From positions 1,269,959 through 1,333,958 of the forward strand of contig CBFFSA010000003.1 of the NCBI GenBank assembly GCA_965644495.1: a DNA stretch of 64,000 bases, written 5' to 3'. Below are positions 23,586 through 36,304 of the stretch, one piece after another. Every line of letters starts with the position of its first letter. Positions within the stretch are counted from its first letter, which is position 1. The notes below the pieces were generated by a model. The model was not told where the DNA came from and ran no database searches. It saw nothing but the letters and a program-made list of their open reading frames with translations. This DNA is from Perkinsela sp. CCAP 1560/9 (Eukaryota; Protista; Euglenozoa: Kinetoplastea). A program made the position numbers and the translations under genes.

Positions 23586-26478
23586 CGCGCACTGGCACGA
23601 GGTGGAACGTAGGGCCCTCCACAGATGCAACACCTTGCTCACTGTCTCTGGCGACGCACTCTCCGCCGTCCATAACGCAGAACTACTGAGTGCAATACTA
23701 GCGGTGTCGGCATATGAAGTGGCGCGAGACGTCGACTCCAGGAAGGGTTTCATTATCCGAACGGCTCGAGGACACACAAAGGGGAAAGTCCGTCCATTAG
23801 AAAGCGAAAAAGTTGCCTTTTCCTTCTCTCGACATGTAAAACAACTACAAATGAAGCTGCGATACACACACGGCAAGGCTCCCCGCATGGCGTTGAAACA
23901 AAAGATTAAGGAAACCAAAAAGGCGGAACGTATATACAGCGCAGAAGCCATGGCCCAAAAACGGGAACTGGAAAGTCGCTGGGCACTTCAACAATTCAAC
24001 CGCAATCCATGGACGGCTGCGAGTCAAACCTTGGACAAAAGGACAGAAGCAGAAAGTGTACCGGCCTATCCGACTTGCAATGTACAGAAAGTGGAAAGTG
24101 TGTTCACAACATTACTTACGGACCCCACTACAGTGCATCACTTACCACCCCACGACGTCCTCGGAAACCGTCCTCTGGCAGAAATGACCTGGGACGAACT
24201 GGCTTCAATCGACATTTCGAACGCTCTCACATCAAAGAAAAACAGCAGTGCTCCAGGCCAGGACTCCATTACGTACCAGACTCTAAAGCGATGCCACAGC
24301 TCCCACACCCACATGGCAAACGTCTTCAACGCGCTAGTGCGCTTCAGCACATGTCCGACGTCGTGGAAAATATCCGTCACTCGCCTCATTTACAAAAAAG
24401 GGGAGCCTGACAACCCACAAAACTGGCGTCCCATCGGCCTGACTAGCGTACTAGGGAAACTCCGGCATTCCATCATCAGCCGGAAAATGACGAAATTCCT
24501 ACTTGAAGCCTCTGTCATTGACCCCAAGATACAGAAAGGCTTTCTCCCCGCCATTAACGGTACTCTCGAACATACGCAATCCCTCTCAGAGCTCCTACGC
24601 CACTACCGGAAGAGCAAGTGGAACTATTGCATGGCCCAGCTAGACCTCAGTAACGCCTTTGGTTCAGTCCCCCGCAACATCATCTTTGAAGCACTGGAAT
24701 GGGCGAGAATCTCCCCAAACATTATTAAATACGTCCAATGCTTATACACTGACGCAAGTACCCGCATTAAATGTTACGAAGGTCTGTCCAGCGCGATCCC
24801 AGCTAAACGAGGTGTCTTACAAGGTGACACTCTCTCTCCTACGCTCTTTCTGGTGATTATGGAGCTAGCCCTACGTTACATGGCAAAATCGTTTCCCTCA
24901 TTTGGATTGAACCTCCCTGGATTTCCAAAAAGCTTCCTAAAAGCGTACGCCGACGATCTCACGGTCCTGACGAATAGTGAAAAAGAAATTCAACTGGCTG
25001 TTGAAACACTATCCACGGTACTCGGTTCGCTTGGCCTTTCCATCAACGTCAAAAAGTACAGAGTCCAATATATGGCGTCCAAGAAAAATGATGAACACCC
25101 CGGCTACGTGACACGACGTCCTCAAATTTTCATCAAGAACGAAGCTATACCGCATATATGCGACGAAGGAAGTACGTTTCTTGGCATGAATATTGCCCCC
25201 GGTTCTCAACAATCCCGAGCCCTTTTCACGAAAGTTAGGCCCTTATTGAAGCGATGGCTTCATAACATTGACCAGTCGGCCCACGACCTCCCATCAAAAA
25301 TTTGGATATATCAACACGCAATCATCTCTCGGCTACGCTTCACCTTTACTATACACCCATGTATCACGCTAAACTTTATTTTACGCCTTCAGAAAATGTG
25401 TACTCACTCCCTGAAACGGTGGATCAATGCGGCTAGAACTACATGCAGCGAAGCAATCTACTCTCAGCGTGGATGGAACATCTGCAGCTTGTCCAGACTC
25501 TGGGAGGACTGTACAGCTGATCTTCTCTGTCAAATGAAGCGGTCCCGAGACCCGAACGTTACCGCCGCACTGCAGGAAAGAATACGGGCTGAAGAACATA
25601 AGCGCAGGAAAGGCCAAATTCGACCAGCATGTGACATCACACACATACTGGACGATCGCGACCTCGCAAAACGAACTCTTCTTGAGCTTAATGAGGACCG
25701 AATGATCAACGCACTACGCCGCAGGTCAACGTTCGCTATTCAGTGGTGGGATATAGCCTCCGAGGAAGAACAGGCGAAAGATTTCAGCGCCGCGATAAAC
25801 GGATTACGTAGCACTTCCCTTAGCCGCTTCGCAACTTCTTTAATGGTACAAAACACTCTCCCTACTAGGACAATGCTGAGGACATGGGGAATTCACGGCA
25901 CAGATACAGTACAATGCCGAATTTGTAAACAAGAACCGGAAACATTACGACACCTCTTATCCTCGTGCAAGGTATCACTAGAACAGGGACGTTACACATA
26001 TCGCCATGATTGTGTACTCTCCACCTTTGCAAACGCGATACTCTCTTCCCCCCATACCGCAGAGGCACATTTTGATCTCCCACACCTACGTCAACTACCC
26101 GCATGGTGGTCCGACCTGGAAACACAGCTCCGCCCAGATGGAATCGTCAAACTCAACGACGGAACTGAATTTATCGTTGAGTTGACGATGCCCTGGGAGG
26201 AAAACGTACACGAAGCCCACTGCCGAAAAGTAGAAAAGTACATAAATATTCTACACCGACGAAAAATAAGGTACTCAGACTGCCACTTGATATGCTTTGA
26301 AGTTGGAGCTAGAGGTCTCCCTTCTACGACGCTGCGTCACATCAACCGTCTCTTTTTGGGTGACAAGGCACTCTCAGATAAGTGCCGTGTCGAAGTCATC
26401 CGAACGGCGATCCGGAGCAGCTTTCAACTCTGGCTGAAAAGGGAATCCCCTTTATGGGACAACCAAAGCTTTGGTTAG
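23395..26478 (+). CDS. RT plus CCHC plus restriction-like endonuclease
   Basis: SAPGQD, NWRPIGL, LDLSNAFGSV, QGDTLSP, AYADD, CRIC..H..C, RHD, LRPDG, IVELTMPWE. Confidence 0.92.
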   Translation: MDHPSIRESKETLRGAPTQDKSKNTPNLTPPTSASSPRPLDETEYFFRTARYIQGGKLNINLADAHWHEVERRALHRCNTLLTVSGDALSAVHNAELLSAILAVSAYEVARDVDSRKGFIIRTARGHTKGKVRPLESEKVAFSFSRHVKQLQMKLRYTHGKAPRMALKQKIKETKKAERIYSAEAMAQKRELESRWALQQFNRNPWTAASQTLDKRTEAESVPAYPTCNVQKVESVFTTLLTDPTTVHHLPPHDVLGNRPLAEMTWDELASIDISNALTSKKNSSAPGQDSITYQTLKRCHSSHTHMANVFNALVRFSTCPTSWKISVTRLIYKKGEPDNPQNWRPIGLTSVLGKLRHSIISRKMTKFLLEASVIDPKIQKGFLPAINGTLEHTQSLSELLRHYRKSKWNYCMAQLDLSNAFGSVPRNIIFEALEWARISPNIIKYVQCLYTDASTRIKCYEGLSSAIPAKRGVLQGDTLSPTLFLVIMELALRYMAKSFPSFGLNLPGFPKSFLKAYADDLTVLTNSEKEIQLAVETLSTVLGSLGLSINVKKYRVQYMASKKNDEHPGYVTRRPQIFIKNEAIPHICDEGSTFLGMNIAPGSQQSRALFTKVRPLLKRWLHNIDQSAHDLPSKIWIYQHAIISRLRFTFTIHPCITLNFILRLQKMCTHSLKRWINAARTTCSEAIYSQRGWNICSLSRLWEDCTADLLCQMKRSRDPNVTAALQERIRAEEHKRRKGQIRPACDITHILDDRDLAKRTLLELNEDRMINALRRRSTFAIQWWDIASEEEQAKDFSAAINGLRSTSLSRFATSLMVQNTLPTRTMLRTWGIHGTDTVQCRICKQEPETLRHLLSSCKVSLEQGRYTYRHDCVLSTFANAILSSPHTAEAHFDLPHLRQLPAWWSDLETQLRPDGIVKLNDGTEFIVELTMPWEENVHEAHCRKVEKYINILHRRKIRYSDCHLICFEVGARGLPSTTLRHINRLFLGDKALSDKCRVEVIRTAIRSSFQLWLKRESPLWDNQSFG

Positions 26479-26875
26479 CAAATGGTCTAGCAGGCGACGT
26501 CATATGCGTACGTCCTGTTAGACTTTATTACTCTACAGGTAATGCCCTGTATAGATATAATTAACGGTCTCGGGGTCTGCAATGAAGGCGTGAAAGTGTT
26601 TACAGATCTCAGAGGCTGCTGGTTTCCTTTGTCCGCTTTTTCCGGAGCCCTTTCTGGTGTTGACTTTTCGGGTGTTGACGCTGGGCAGGGCGGTGGTGAT
26701 GTGGAGGCTGTGCTTGGGGGAGGGGGCGGCGACACTGTGGGCGGTTTCTTTTTCCTTCGATTCGGCAAAAGAGGCAAAATTACAGGAGTTTCCCCCGTTT
26801 CTTGTGCCTTGGCGCGGGTGGTCACGCCCATAAAACGTAAAGAATACAACAACCTTGAACTAGTAGAATATATAC

Positions 26876-27865
26876 AACTTGAACTAGTAGAAAAAGGCCC
26901 CTTGATCATGGAAGCTGTGGAACGCACGAAGCGAATAAATAAATTACCTGCCCCTAAATTGGGTGGAGCTACCAGATGGTGTACCGGCCGCTTCGAAAGT
27001 TTGCAGTACATTGCAGAAAATCTCCCATTACTCGGTTTGTATACGATGAAGTTACTTCGGGAAATGCGTCGGATTCTATCAAGAAATGTGCGGAAATTAT
27101 AAAAGAAAGCGACCCCCAAGATTTGATGGGACAAGCACGCGAAATATTAGAGAGTAAGAGTAACAGTTAGAGGTTGTCCACAAGTCGTTGAAAAAGTTGT
27201 CAGATATGACCAATGAGCCCATGGCATTGGTCCCGTATCCAATTTAACAGCGATTGAAGTCTGAAAGTGAGAAGGAAAATGCTAATCCTGAGTTAATAAA
27301 ATCCCTACAGAAGCATAAACAGCGACTTGAAAATAAAGCATACATGTACTATTGGTGCGCAGTAATGAGTTTTTCTCCATTGAACATTTTTTTGAGCAGG
27401 AAGCATCCGACAGCACAATGCCCCGTTATTAACGTTGATGTGGCAAACGACGTTTTTCAGAGTGAAGAACCTCTTTTTTATATTTCAGAAGACGAATGGA
27501 ACTCTTATATTAATTGTAAGAACTTTGATTGGCAACCCTCCGTGCACACCTCCGTATGGAAATGGTGGGAAGATGTCGGAAAAGAAAACTTTCCATCTAT
27601 ATACCAAGCCGCTCGTCACTACTTGTGGGTGCCGCCAATCGCCACGGCATGTGATTCCCTGCTTTCCATTATGGGATGGAAGTATAATCCGCGTCAAGCC
27701 TCCCTTGATAGCGATGTAATCGCCACTCAAATGTTTCTTCGAGGGAATCTAAATAAATTGACTTATCTTTGTAAAGCGCCAGCCGATACACAGACAACTG
27801 AAGACGGATACAAAAGCGAAGGGGAAGATGAAACAGAACCTAGCGAATCGGAGCACGACATATAG
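26876..27865 (+). pseudogene. hAT-like transposase, C-terminal half with dimerization domain
   Basis: GATRW; WKWW...FPSIYQAARHYLWVP; appears to continue 14190 via duplicated AACTTGAA. Confidence 0.75.
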
Positions 27866-28287
27866 TTTGAATTACATTTTCTTTATAAATTATATCCTAA
27901 AAAATCCCTGAATTCTGCAGCACATGATCTAACCACGTTTAGTTTCTTATTATGATGATGATGATGGGTGCACCCATTTGGCCTTTGCAGGCTGTTTAGT
28001 TTCTTATTAAGAACTAATGGAGGAACAAATAAAAATAAATCTCCGAGAGAGATTTATCCCCCGTGAAGATCTCATTCGTCCTCAAAGGATCGAGAATTCA
28101 CGTTTAGACGGGCGAGACGTGATCTCCTAGCTGTCCGCCCACAACATTGTCAACAACATACTATGTTAACGTTAACATAATATCAACATATTATCAACAT
28201 TGAAATACCCTTGTCACTTTTTTTCGTCAACATTCCCTCAACATATAAACCCTTGTCAATTCTTTTATTTTCAACGATCTATTTCTT

Positions 28288-28725
28288 ATGCCTGATCACA
28301 GGGTTCTCGGTTCCCTTTTTTTGGAGCAGTCCACGACGATAAATCCTCAGAACATGGAAGCGCGTCCGGACACGTTTCAAGATAATATCGCTAATGATGA
28401 TGCAGAGGTTACTCTGCGAAAAGCCCAAGAAGCCCTTGTTCAACATAAAGAATCTAAAATTAAGGAACTTCATCGTGAGCTGGCGAAAACGAAAGCGGCT
28501 AATGCAAAACTTCAGAAACAGGTTGAGGAAGACTCACAGGCGATTGCAGAGTACAAGAAACAGGTTGGCGAACTTAAGCATTACCGTACTTTGTCAGGCA
28601 AGGATCTTTTATCTTGTTTGTATGATGAAAGCGAGGACATATCTGACGATGATGAGTCAAGTCATGCGAAGAAATGTAAGCGAAACTCTAAAATACCAGC
28701 CTTACGAGATGACAAAGGTCATTGA
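28288..28725 (+). CDS. Small coiled-coil ORF of unknown function
   Basis: Heptad-like K/E/Q/A-rich stretch only. Confidence 0.3.
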   Translation: MPDHRVLGSLFLEQSTTINPQNMEARPDTFQDNIANDDAEVTLRKAQEALVQHKESKIKELHRELAKTKAANAKLQKQVEEDSQAIAEYKKQVGELKHYRTLSGKDLLSCLYDESEDISDDDESSHAKKCKRNSKIPALRDDKGH

Positions 28726-28892
28726 GGTGTGTTTCCCGACGCTCAGCTTCGACATATTCTATTCGCAGCTACAATTATGCGCGAAACAACGCCTATTGCG
28801 CCGACATATAGAATCATTTGGCATCCAGACGACAAACTACTTGCTCAAGATGAACCTTATTTTTTGTCCCGCTTCATACTGTGGGATCCCCC

Positions 28893-29093
28893 TAATCGCT
28901 TGGCAAGCAAAGTCGCCTGCTTCGCGGCTAGGGGGCAGGCCCGCAAACTTTTCAAAGGGCACCAGTACGGTGTAGCTACACCTGCGGGTGCAGAAAGGGT
29001 GATACATCTCTGCCGGAAGACCTTTGCCGAACACACTGATGACGACGATTTTTTACTATGCAAGATTGATCTCAAAAACGCATTTAACAATGT
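28893..29093 (+). pseudogene. Internal RT fragment of a group-D CRE
   Basis: QYGVATPAGAE...KIDLKNAFNNV matches 59487-60650. Confidence 0.75.
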
Positions 29094-29275
29094 TACAACT
29101 AATGGAAGATCCGGATAAAGCAATACAATGCCGGAAAGATGCATATGCGAGATTAACGTCGTCGACGTGAGCATGGACGTTGACTTCCGACTACAAATTT
29201 GGCGCTACACCCTACAATCTATTCAAATCAAAACAAAAACAAAAAAAAACGAAACACATTCCTGCCATTGTTCCT

Positions 29276-32200
29276 TCATATCGCATAGTCTGTACCCCGT
29301 TTGTCCTTCTCAAGAAAGGATCTCAGCTGCGAATATACAACAGCTCCATTCAACTCTTGAAGACAGAGTTGAAACTCCATCTGCGTCTGTTTTCGAGGCA
29401 GGCAACAAGCGTCTGCTAGGGCGTTGAGAAGAGATTTCGTATTTTCGTGTAGAGACCCGCCTGACAGCACTGGCACGCACCGAAACGTTTCCTCTGATAT
29501 CAAACCCGAGCGAACATAGGTGTCTTGTTTACGTTTGATCGCGTCGCGAAAAAGTTTGCCACATTTTGTTCCGAGATTAGAGGGCGCTAACTCGTGAATC
29601 ACGGTGAAATCATAGAATATCTCGCCGGAATTCCAAAAAACTACAAGATCGGGACCCGATCTGCGGAAAGAACGGCCTCCGCAAACTTTTCCATGCGTCC
29701 GTCTGTAATCAGGATCCACTTTTTCGTTGCATTGTGTGCACGAAAACGTTGCGAAATTACGCGGCTCTTTTTCGCAGGGAATCCCAGCTTTTAAACACAA
29801 CTCGTAGAGAAAATTTACTAAAGAGTTATGCTTCGCTGTGGCGTTGAGACCGGGGCATTTCGAACAGCCAGGTATGTGCGCGAGCATGGCTTTCGAATCT
29901 AGCAGAATCCGGCACCCGGGGCAGAGCAACTGTTTTGGCAGTAGAGGATGCGCGATTCCGAGTCGCGGCATTAAAGCAAGCGAAAAAAGGCGCGAGGGAA
30001 CAAACTTAGCATTAGACATGACCCATTCTGCGTTGCCCCTATATGAGACTGCTTGTAAGATGGCAACCGAGTCTGACTTCGAAGAAGACAAAAGGTCCCA
30101 CGCTTTCGTGTGAAGAGCTGCCGCCGCCGTATCTTCGTCGATAGGAACGCTAGTGTCGGTTGTTGCTGTTGGCACGCTGGTGTCGGTGTCGGACTGCAAA
30201 ATGGCGTGCGTCTGGTCTCCTTGGTGTTCGACTTGAGCTGAAAGATTAATTGGGCGCTCGAAAACTGAATACCAAGAGGACTCAAAGGCTGCACACCGAA
30301 TTGGGAGACAAGCCGTCAGGCCCAGCCCGCCTTTCTTAACCGGTAAACGTAACTGAGTTATCTGATCCTGAGATAGCGTTCCAAACCACGAATTCAACGC
30401 CTCTTCTACCTCGTGATCGAATAGTTTAGCTAGATTTTCGGAGACTATGGGGTGGTGTACTCTCAACTGGTAGTTCTGACGTACATTCACGCATTTGGAC
30501 AACAATTGTGCCGACGTGTTGTTGATACCCATCTGCTTCAGACGTCGAAAAATTTCATAATGTTTTTGCAAAGATTTCACCAGCTCTTCGCTGACCTTAC
30601 TTTCTTCGCCGATGAAAGCACCCAGTACCTTTATCGTACAGTCTGCTTTTTTTACCTCTGCACTGCTGAGTTCTTGCGGCATTGGAATGTTCCCCGTCCC
30701 TCCAAACCACATGCATTTGTTTGTTGAAACAATCAGGCTGCAGTCTTGCAATAGGGATTGGAGGCGTGTGAAAGCTTTTGTTAAAAGCTGCGGGTCGTCG
30801 GAAACAAGGTTGATATCGTCTATGTACGCGCAGATTTCAACTCCAGGAAATTCTTCAGCAAGATTTTCTAATATTGGCTGCAACAGAGCGCAAAAATAAA
30901 TGGTGGATAGCGTTGAGCCTTGACGGACGCCACTAGTGCTTTTCACTATGCCGGTCAAACGGTTTGTCTTAGCGCCGTAGAAAAGTAATTCGGAAGCTTC
31001 AGCATACTCCGCGTGGAAAAACCGGCTAGGGGGGACCTTCGATGAATCTTCATCGAAAGTTGTACACTTTCGATGAATCTTCATCGAAGGTGTTTTTGAC
31101 TTTTTTTGACTTTTTTAACTTTTTGTTTTTGAACGAATTTTTCCATTGGCTGTTGAAAACACGTTGCATGAAACATATAATTTCATTTTAAATTCAATAA
31201 TTTTTTGTTTTTTTGTCTGAATTCTGACTTTCCGTTTTCTTTCACATTTTGGCTTGGGGGTACGTTCGTTGATTTCTCAACGAACGTACCCTGTGACCGT
31301 AAAAAATCTGCAGGACCTTAGAGGGAGGAGGAAGAAAGGCCCAACTGATAACTACTTGATAATCTTGATAATCTTGACCAACTACCTTGATAACAAATTT
31401 TAGTACCCATTCGTGGGAAGCAATTTGCGAAGCCCAACTACCTTGATAACAAATTTTAGTACCCATTTTGGCCGCGCGGGGGCCCCCGCGTGAGCGGGGG
31501 TGCGCGCGGCCGCGAAACGGCGAGGGCCCGCGTGAGCGGGCCTGAGCCGTACCCCGCGTAAGGTTCCCCTGTGCGTCGTTAGTGGGAAGCAATTTGCGAA
31601 GCTCACTGAATTTCGTAGTTTTCGCTACGCAGGCGTTGTCAACGTATATAGCGAAGTGTAGGATACTGAACGCACGGAAAATGAAAATCAAAAAAAAATT
31701 CTTGGATGTTCCACAAAAGTCCTTGACTTATGCAAAAGTCCTTGATTTCCACCGTGAATTTCCGTTCGTTGAGTACTCAACGAAAATCCGGCACTTCGTT
31801 GAGTACTCAACGAAAATCCTGTGTTTACCCCTTCCGCAGGATTGTCGCTCAAAATATGTATATGGATCAGTCAAAAACGCTTCGATGAAGATAAACTGAA
31901 GAAACGGTGAAATTCCTCTACGAGCCTTCACAAAACACTTCGATGAAGCACCAAAAAAGTCAAAATGTCTATATGGATCCGCGAAAAACGTTTGCGTGAA
32001 GATTTGAAAAAATAAAAAAAAAGTCAAAAACACCTTCGATGAAGATTCGTCGAAAGTGTACAACTTTCAATGTGCTTCATCGAAAGTTGTACACTTTCGA
32101 TGAAGCTTCATCGAAGGTCCCCCCTACCCGAAAAACCTTTGAAACGGTCGGAGAGTAGCTAGTCCAAAAACATGTTTGGCGATAAGATTCCGCGACGGGG

Positions 32201-35200
32201 TATTGAACGCATTTTTTAGGTCGATGGCTAAGATGCACGCGCCTTTTCTGTATCGTTCATTTAAGGTGTGTACAATGCGCTCACTCCCCGATTTTGAAAG
32301 CACACCTTGCTGCATTGGTGCGAAAAGGGGTTGAATCGTGGATTCGTATCGCTGAACGAGAATGTTGCCGGCAAGCTTCACCAGCACCTCACCGATGGCC
32401 ACGGGGCGGATACCACCTCCTGTTTTCTGAATCGCTACTAGACGTGATCTTGCCAAACGTTTCATCAGATCTCGCGGAAGAAAACCGTTGATTAGATCCA
32501 TGAGCATGTGGCAAAGGTTTGGGCTGCACACTGGGTCATCAATAAGGAGACGCACGACGCTGTCTGTAGTGCCTGTCGGACCTGGGCTAGCTCCTCTTAC
32601 TAAACGCATCCCTGCTGACCGAAGCTCAGAAGAATCCAAACCAGTAAGAAGAGGCGCATCATTTGGTAGGTTAAACTTGTATTCGTGTTGCGGATGTAAA
32701 TCCTTCAGCCTATCTAGAATCTGATCATCCGACAGAGTGTTTGGGATGAATTTCTGATCAAGAGTTTTGCATGCCTTTCTCGCGCATCCTTCCATGACTA
32801 AACGCGTTGCCTTTTTTATTGCTCTTTTATCCGCTTCGTGCTCATCAGACTTGGTTGGATGATCGCCAGATGTTTCGCTATCGGCTTCGAATGGGCGGCG
32901 GCGTCTTCGGCGATTGGAGGCTTGACGCACTATTGCTAGGGAATATTTCATCGCTGAGAGAACTTCGTGCCAGATTTTGTGCCTTTGTGGATAAGTACTG
33001 TTGATGTATTCACGCATTATTTCTCGGTAAGACGCGATTACAGCGGATATCATTTCCGGTTTTATGACGCGAGATGTTGGAATGGGCACGTAATCCAAGT
33101 CCTTTGACTTCCAACCTTCCTTCGAGTTACTCATGCTTTGCTCGGCCGACTGCCCAAACATGTATTCCCCTTGCGATTGACCGTCGTTTGGATCAATGGG
33201 CGTAGAGGCTGTACACGGGGGTGCTGCAGCATGCCATATCATCCCGTTAACCCTCACACTTTCGTGGGGCGGTAGTGTCCCAGTGAATTCCTCACCAATT
33301 TTATGCCCTACGATCCCCGAGTAGATTATGTTCAGCTTCCAAGAACCTTTCCTACGATACACGCTGGTTACTTTCCCAAGTGAGATGTTGGTGTCATCTC
33401 GATTCCCGAAAGACCACGCGACCGAACATAGCGTTCCTTTTTTGATATGTTGAGACTTCGATTGGATATCGCTTGCTTGTAGAGGAAAGCCTCGTGTAGC
33501 GAATTGGGACGACAGTGTGTCACACATCTCTGCCGAATTCGCATTCTCTACGAACCGAATTCTATCTAGCGCGGAGTTCAACACATTCCCCATTTCAGAC
33601 AAAGTTGTACCACCAGAATTTTCGTCAGGCGCTGGAAGAGGACTGGGAAGTTCCGATTGTACGGGGTTCCCATCACTAATCGTACCGTATGACTTGTGAG
33701 GTTGCGGAGAGGAGAACACAGAATTTACCGATCGAGCTGAATGATTGGTTTGTCGCTCAGAAGCGGTAGAGTCTGTCCCCCCTGCATCCTGCAGATAGTC
33801 TTGCAGATCAGGGCTCTGACCTACGATGGACGCAATCCCGTTGTCCGTACGTTCCTCTACGAACACTTCATTTTTATTATGGAATGCAGACGCAACATTG
33901 GATAAGGGTGATGCGTTCGTGTCCTCATTAGGCCTTTCTTTCGTCTGATTCGCGTCAAAAGGCGTCATAAACGCGATGTCCGGGGCATCTGGCCTCATGT
34001 CCGGGGCATCTGGCGTTTTTGGAGTCAAGAATATGCCCGTACTCTCATCTGGCGGCGTGATAGTTCCGGTGGGCGTGTAGACTGCGGTGGGGTCCGCCTC
34101 GTCGAGCGCATCGGAGAATGGGTCGAAACTGTAAACGTCATAAACATAACCGTTTCCTACCCATTTGTATCCTTTAAATTTCGGATCTTTTGGGTCAGTG
34201 CACTGGGGATTTCGATCTTCCGACAGACCTCCTTCAGCTTCGGGGATGTTTTTATCCATGTTGTCCGAGTCTGTACCTTCTAGTTCATCACTTTTCTTTT
34301 CTGTTAGCTTCTTTGTTGGGGATTTTGAATTTACGAACTTAACTTTTATTTGACGCACCGGTGTAGACGTTGGATTTTTCTCAACTGGAGTGCAAGACGT
34401 ATCCCTTGTTACCTCCCCCTGATCGTTCCAATTGGCATCATTCTTGCTCTGACTGATTCTTTTTTTTGCTCCTTCCTTGACTTGTAGCTCTTCCGGTGAT
34501 GCATTCTGACCGCGGTTTGAAAGTTCAGGTAGGGCTATGTTTGGCTGACTGTTTGCGATCGATGCTATGGCCGAAACAGCTGCCCCGCAGGTTTTAGCAG
34601 CCGCGCAACACGACTTCGCAATAATGGAACTCCACCCGTTTTCATTGTGCGGCGTTAACTTGTATCCTTCGGGTCGACGAATGCGAATTAATGAACTGAT
34701 TTTTCCTTGCCTCGTAGCGTTCGCTTCCTGGTCTTTTCTTTCCTTTACTTTTCTTTCTTCTTCTTCAATTTGTTTCTTCAACTGGTAAAAGGACATTCGA
34801 AAACCTTTTTTTGCATTCTTTTTCACGGTTGGCGGGGTACCCGGACGAGTGAGCGATGTATCTACGGGTGTGCGCGGGGGAGGTGTGCATGTTAAATGGT
34901 CCGGCCGTTGCGGGGGTGGCGATTGTTGCGGTGCTGGAAGAAAGAGCATTTGTTGCGGTGGTGGCGGCGTTTGTTGCGGTGGTGGTGGTGTTCGTTGCTG
35001 CAGCCGTTTCGGGAGTGGCGATTGTTGCGGTGGTTTTTGTGGTGGACGTTGCTGTGTTCGCGCCGATGGCTGCAGTGGTGGCTGTGGTGGTGGTGATCGT
35101 TGCTGCGGCGGTGGTGGCGATCGTTGTGGTAGCGGTTGTGGCGATGGCGGCGGCAGTGGCGTTCCCGCGGTCAGTTTCTTCTTCCGGCGTGTGGGTGGAA

Positions 35201-35261
35201 GCGACTGGACGACGGGAGCTACCCCCGTCTCCTTCGCCTTGGCACGCGTCAGCATGCCCAT
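29276..35261 (-). mobile_element. CRE/SLACS-like element B; one ~1.6-kaa ORF split by a MITE
   Basis: Pro/Gln-rich N-terminus, RGASPGPTG, IRPVAIGE, IDLKNAFN, GVRQGS, YIDD, RLE; the two halves join as QRFFHAEY. Confidence 0.9.
31024..32129. mobile_element. Non-autonomous DNA transposon (MITE); GG termini and 8-bp TSD (Merlin-, MULE- or hAT-like)
   Basis: TIRs GG(C/G)TAGGGGGGACCTTCGATGAA; TSD GAAAAACC at 31016-31023 and 32130-32137; another right end lies near 47820-47869. Confidence 0.85.
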
Positions 35262-35641
35262 TTATTTGAAAAAGAGTAGGAAAGAAAACAACAATAAAGA
35301 ACAATGTTTCACGGGATTCTTTCACGGCCCTAGCACGCCAACACTTCCCTAAACTGGGAGCTGAACTTTAGCTCGCCTAGGGTCAATCTCTTGAGCGATT
35401 TCGAAGACAGACACCGACAGTATGGCTTTTTGTTTTTGTGTATTAAGACCACTTTTTGTATTAAGACCACTTTTTGTATTTTTTTTTGTTTTTTTACGTT
35501 TAGACGGGCGAGACGTGATCTCCTTTACCCCCCATTATCTTCCCTCTACCTTATATCCCATACCGTAAACTTATAATAGCTATATTAATTATACTTTTTT
35601 TTTTCTCAAGTTTCCAAGGTTTTTGTTTTTAATGTCAAATT

Positions 35642-35960
35642 CTAGAGGCCCATGTTTTGTGAATCGTCATTAGATAAATAATTTCTCAGCTGAGAGAATA
35701 CAATCGACCCATTTAACTCCTGCAGGCACAGAGAAAATTCGTTCAGTGTTCGGACCCTATCAAGTCCGCTGCAGTCCGCCAACGTATGCAACAAGTGCCG
35801 GAGCCCGTGATGCATAGCACCACCGGAGAGGACTGGGAGGCATACGAAACGCTCTTGTGGTATCATCCCGGAAGCCACGTATGTGCTGTGCTTGCGCGTA
35901 ATGGCCTCTCTCATCAGGGTACCGCTACGTTTCCGTGCATTAGTGGGCGCCAGCTCGTGA
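35642..35960 (-). pseudogene. CRE 3' RLE fragment
   Basis: REAITRKHSTYV...LQELNGSIVFSQL. Confidence 0.75.
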
Positions 35961-36173
35961 AGATAGATACTCTACGCCCGATAGATACTCTACCACAACG
36001 ACATAAGGGACAAATTAATGACAGACAAAACGCAAGCCCACATAATACGAGCAGCTAGCTCCAAAGCTAACTATTCATGGCTCACCTCAAATTCTAGACT
36101 TGTACCTACGCGACTTTTCAAGTTAGCAGTTATGCCACGCATTGGGATTTTAGTTTTTTTTTTTTTTTTTTTT

Positions 36174-36288
36174 GCAATTAATAGGGGGGGAGAAGTATGA
36201 ATCGCGGCATTGCCACTATATTTTGACCCATTAGACGAACCAAGTAAGTCCATTGGGGGGGGGGGTATATGATTTTAAAACAAGCAAT
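36174..36288 (-). repeat. ~120-bp CRE 3'-terminal unit followed by poly(A)
   Basis: Also at 41369-41483, 56750-56880, 57115-57236, 62524-62635 and 63155-63276. Confidence 0.85.
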
Positions 36289-36304
36289 TTTTTTTTTGCA
36301 GTTA

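Larger units (their letters stand above)
20952..26562 (+). mobile_element. HERO/NeSL-like RLE non-LTR retrotransposon inserted in CRE-A
   Basis: Cys/His-finger N-terminal region plus RT-RLE ORF; CRE-A sequence on both flanks. Confidence 0.8.
14510..26830 (-). mobile_element. CRE/SLACS-like non-LTR element A, interrupted by three insertions
   Basis: Pieces 26565-26830 (MGVTTRAKAQETG), 18846-20948, 16175-16446 and 14510-15959 are colinear with element B; GVRQGSPLS, YIDD, LPIRKGGLG, RLE PD..D. Confidence 0.85.

Noticed and set aside
28100-28132. Helitron 3' end (hairpin plus CTAG)
   Set aside because: Not followed by T; the second copy near 35495 lacks CTAG; no Rep/helicase
34765-35352. Cys/Gly- and Ala/Val-rich ORFs
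   Set aside because: Alternate-frame and antisense shadows of the Pro/Gln-rich CRE N-terminus
36174-36288. snRNA or SL-intron-like gene (GTATG...ATTTTGA)
   Set aside because: The Sm-like site is missing in variant copies, and the unit behaves as a CRE 3' terminus before poly(A)
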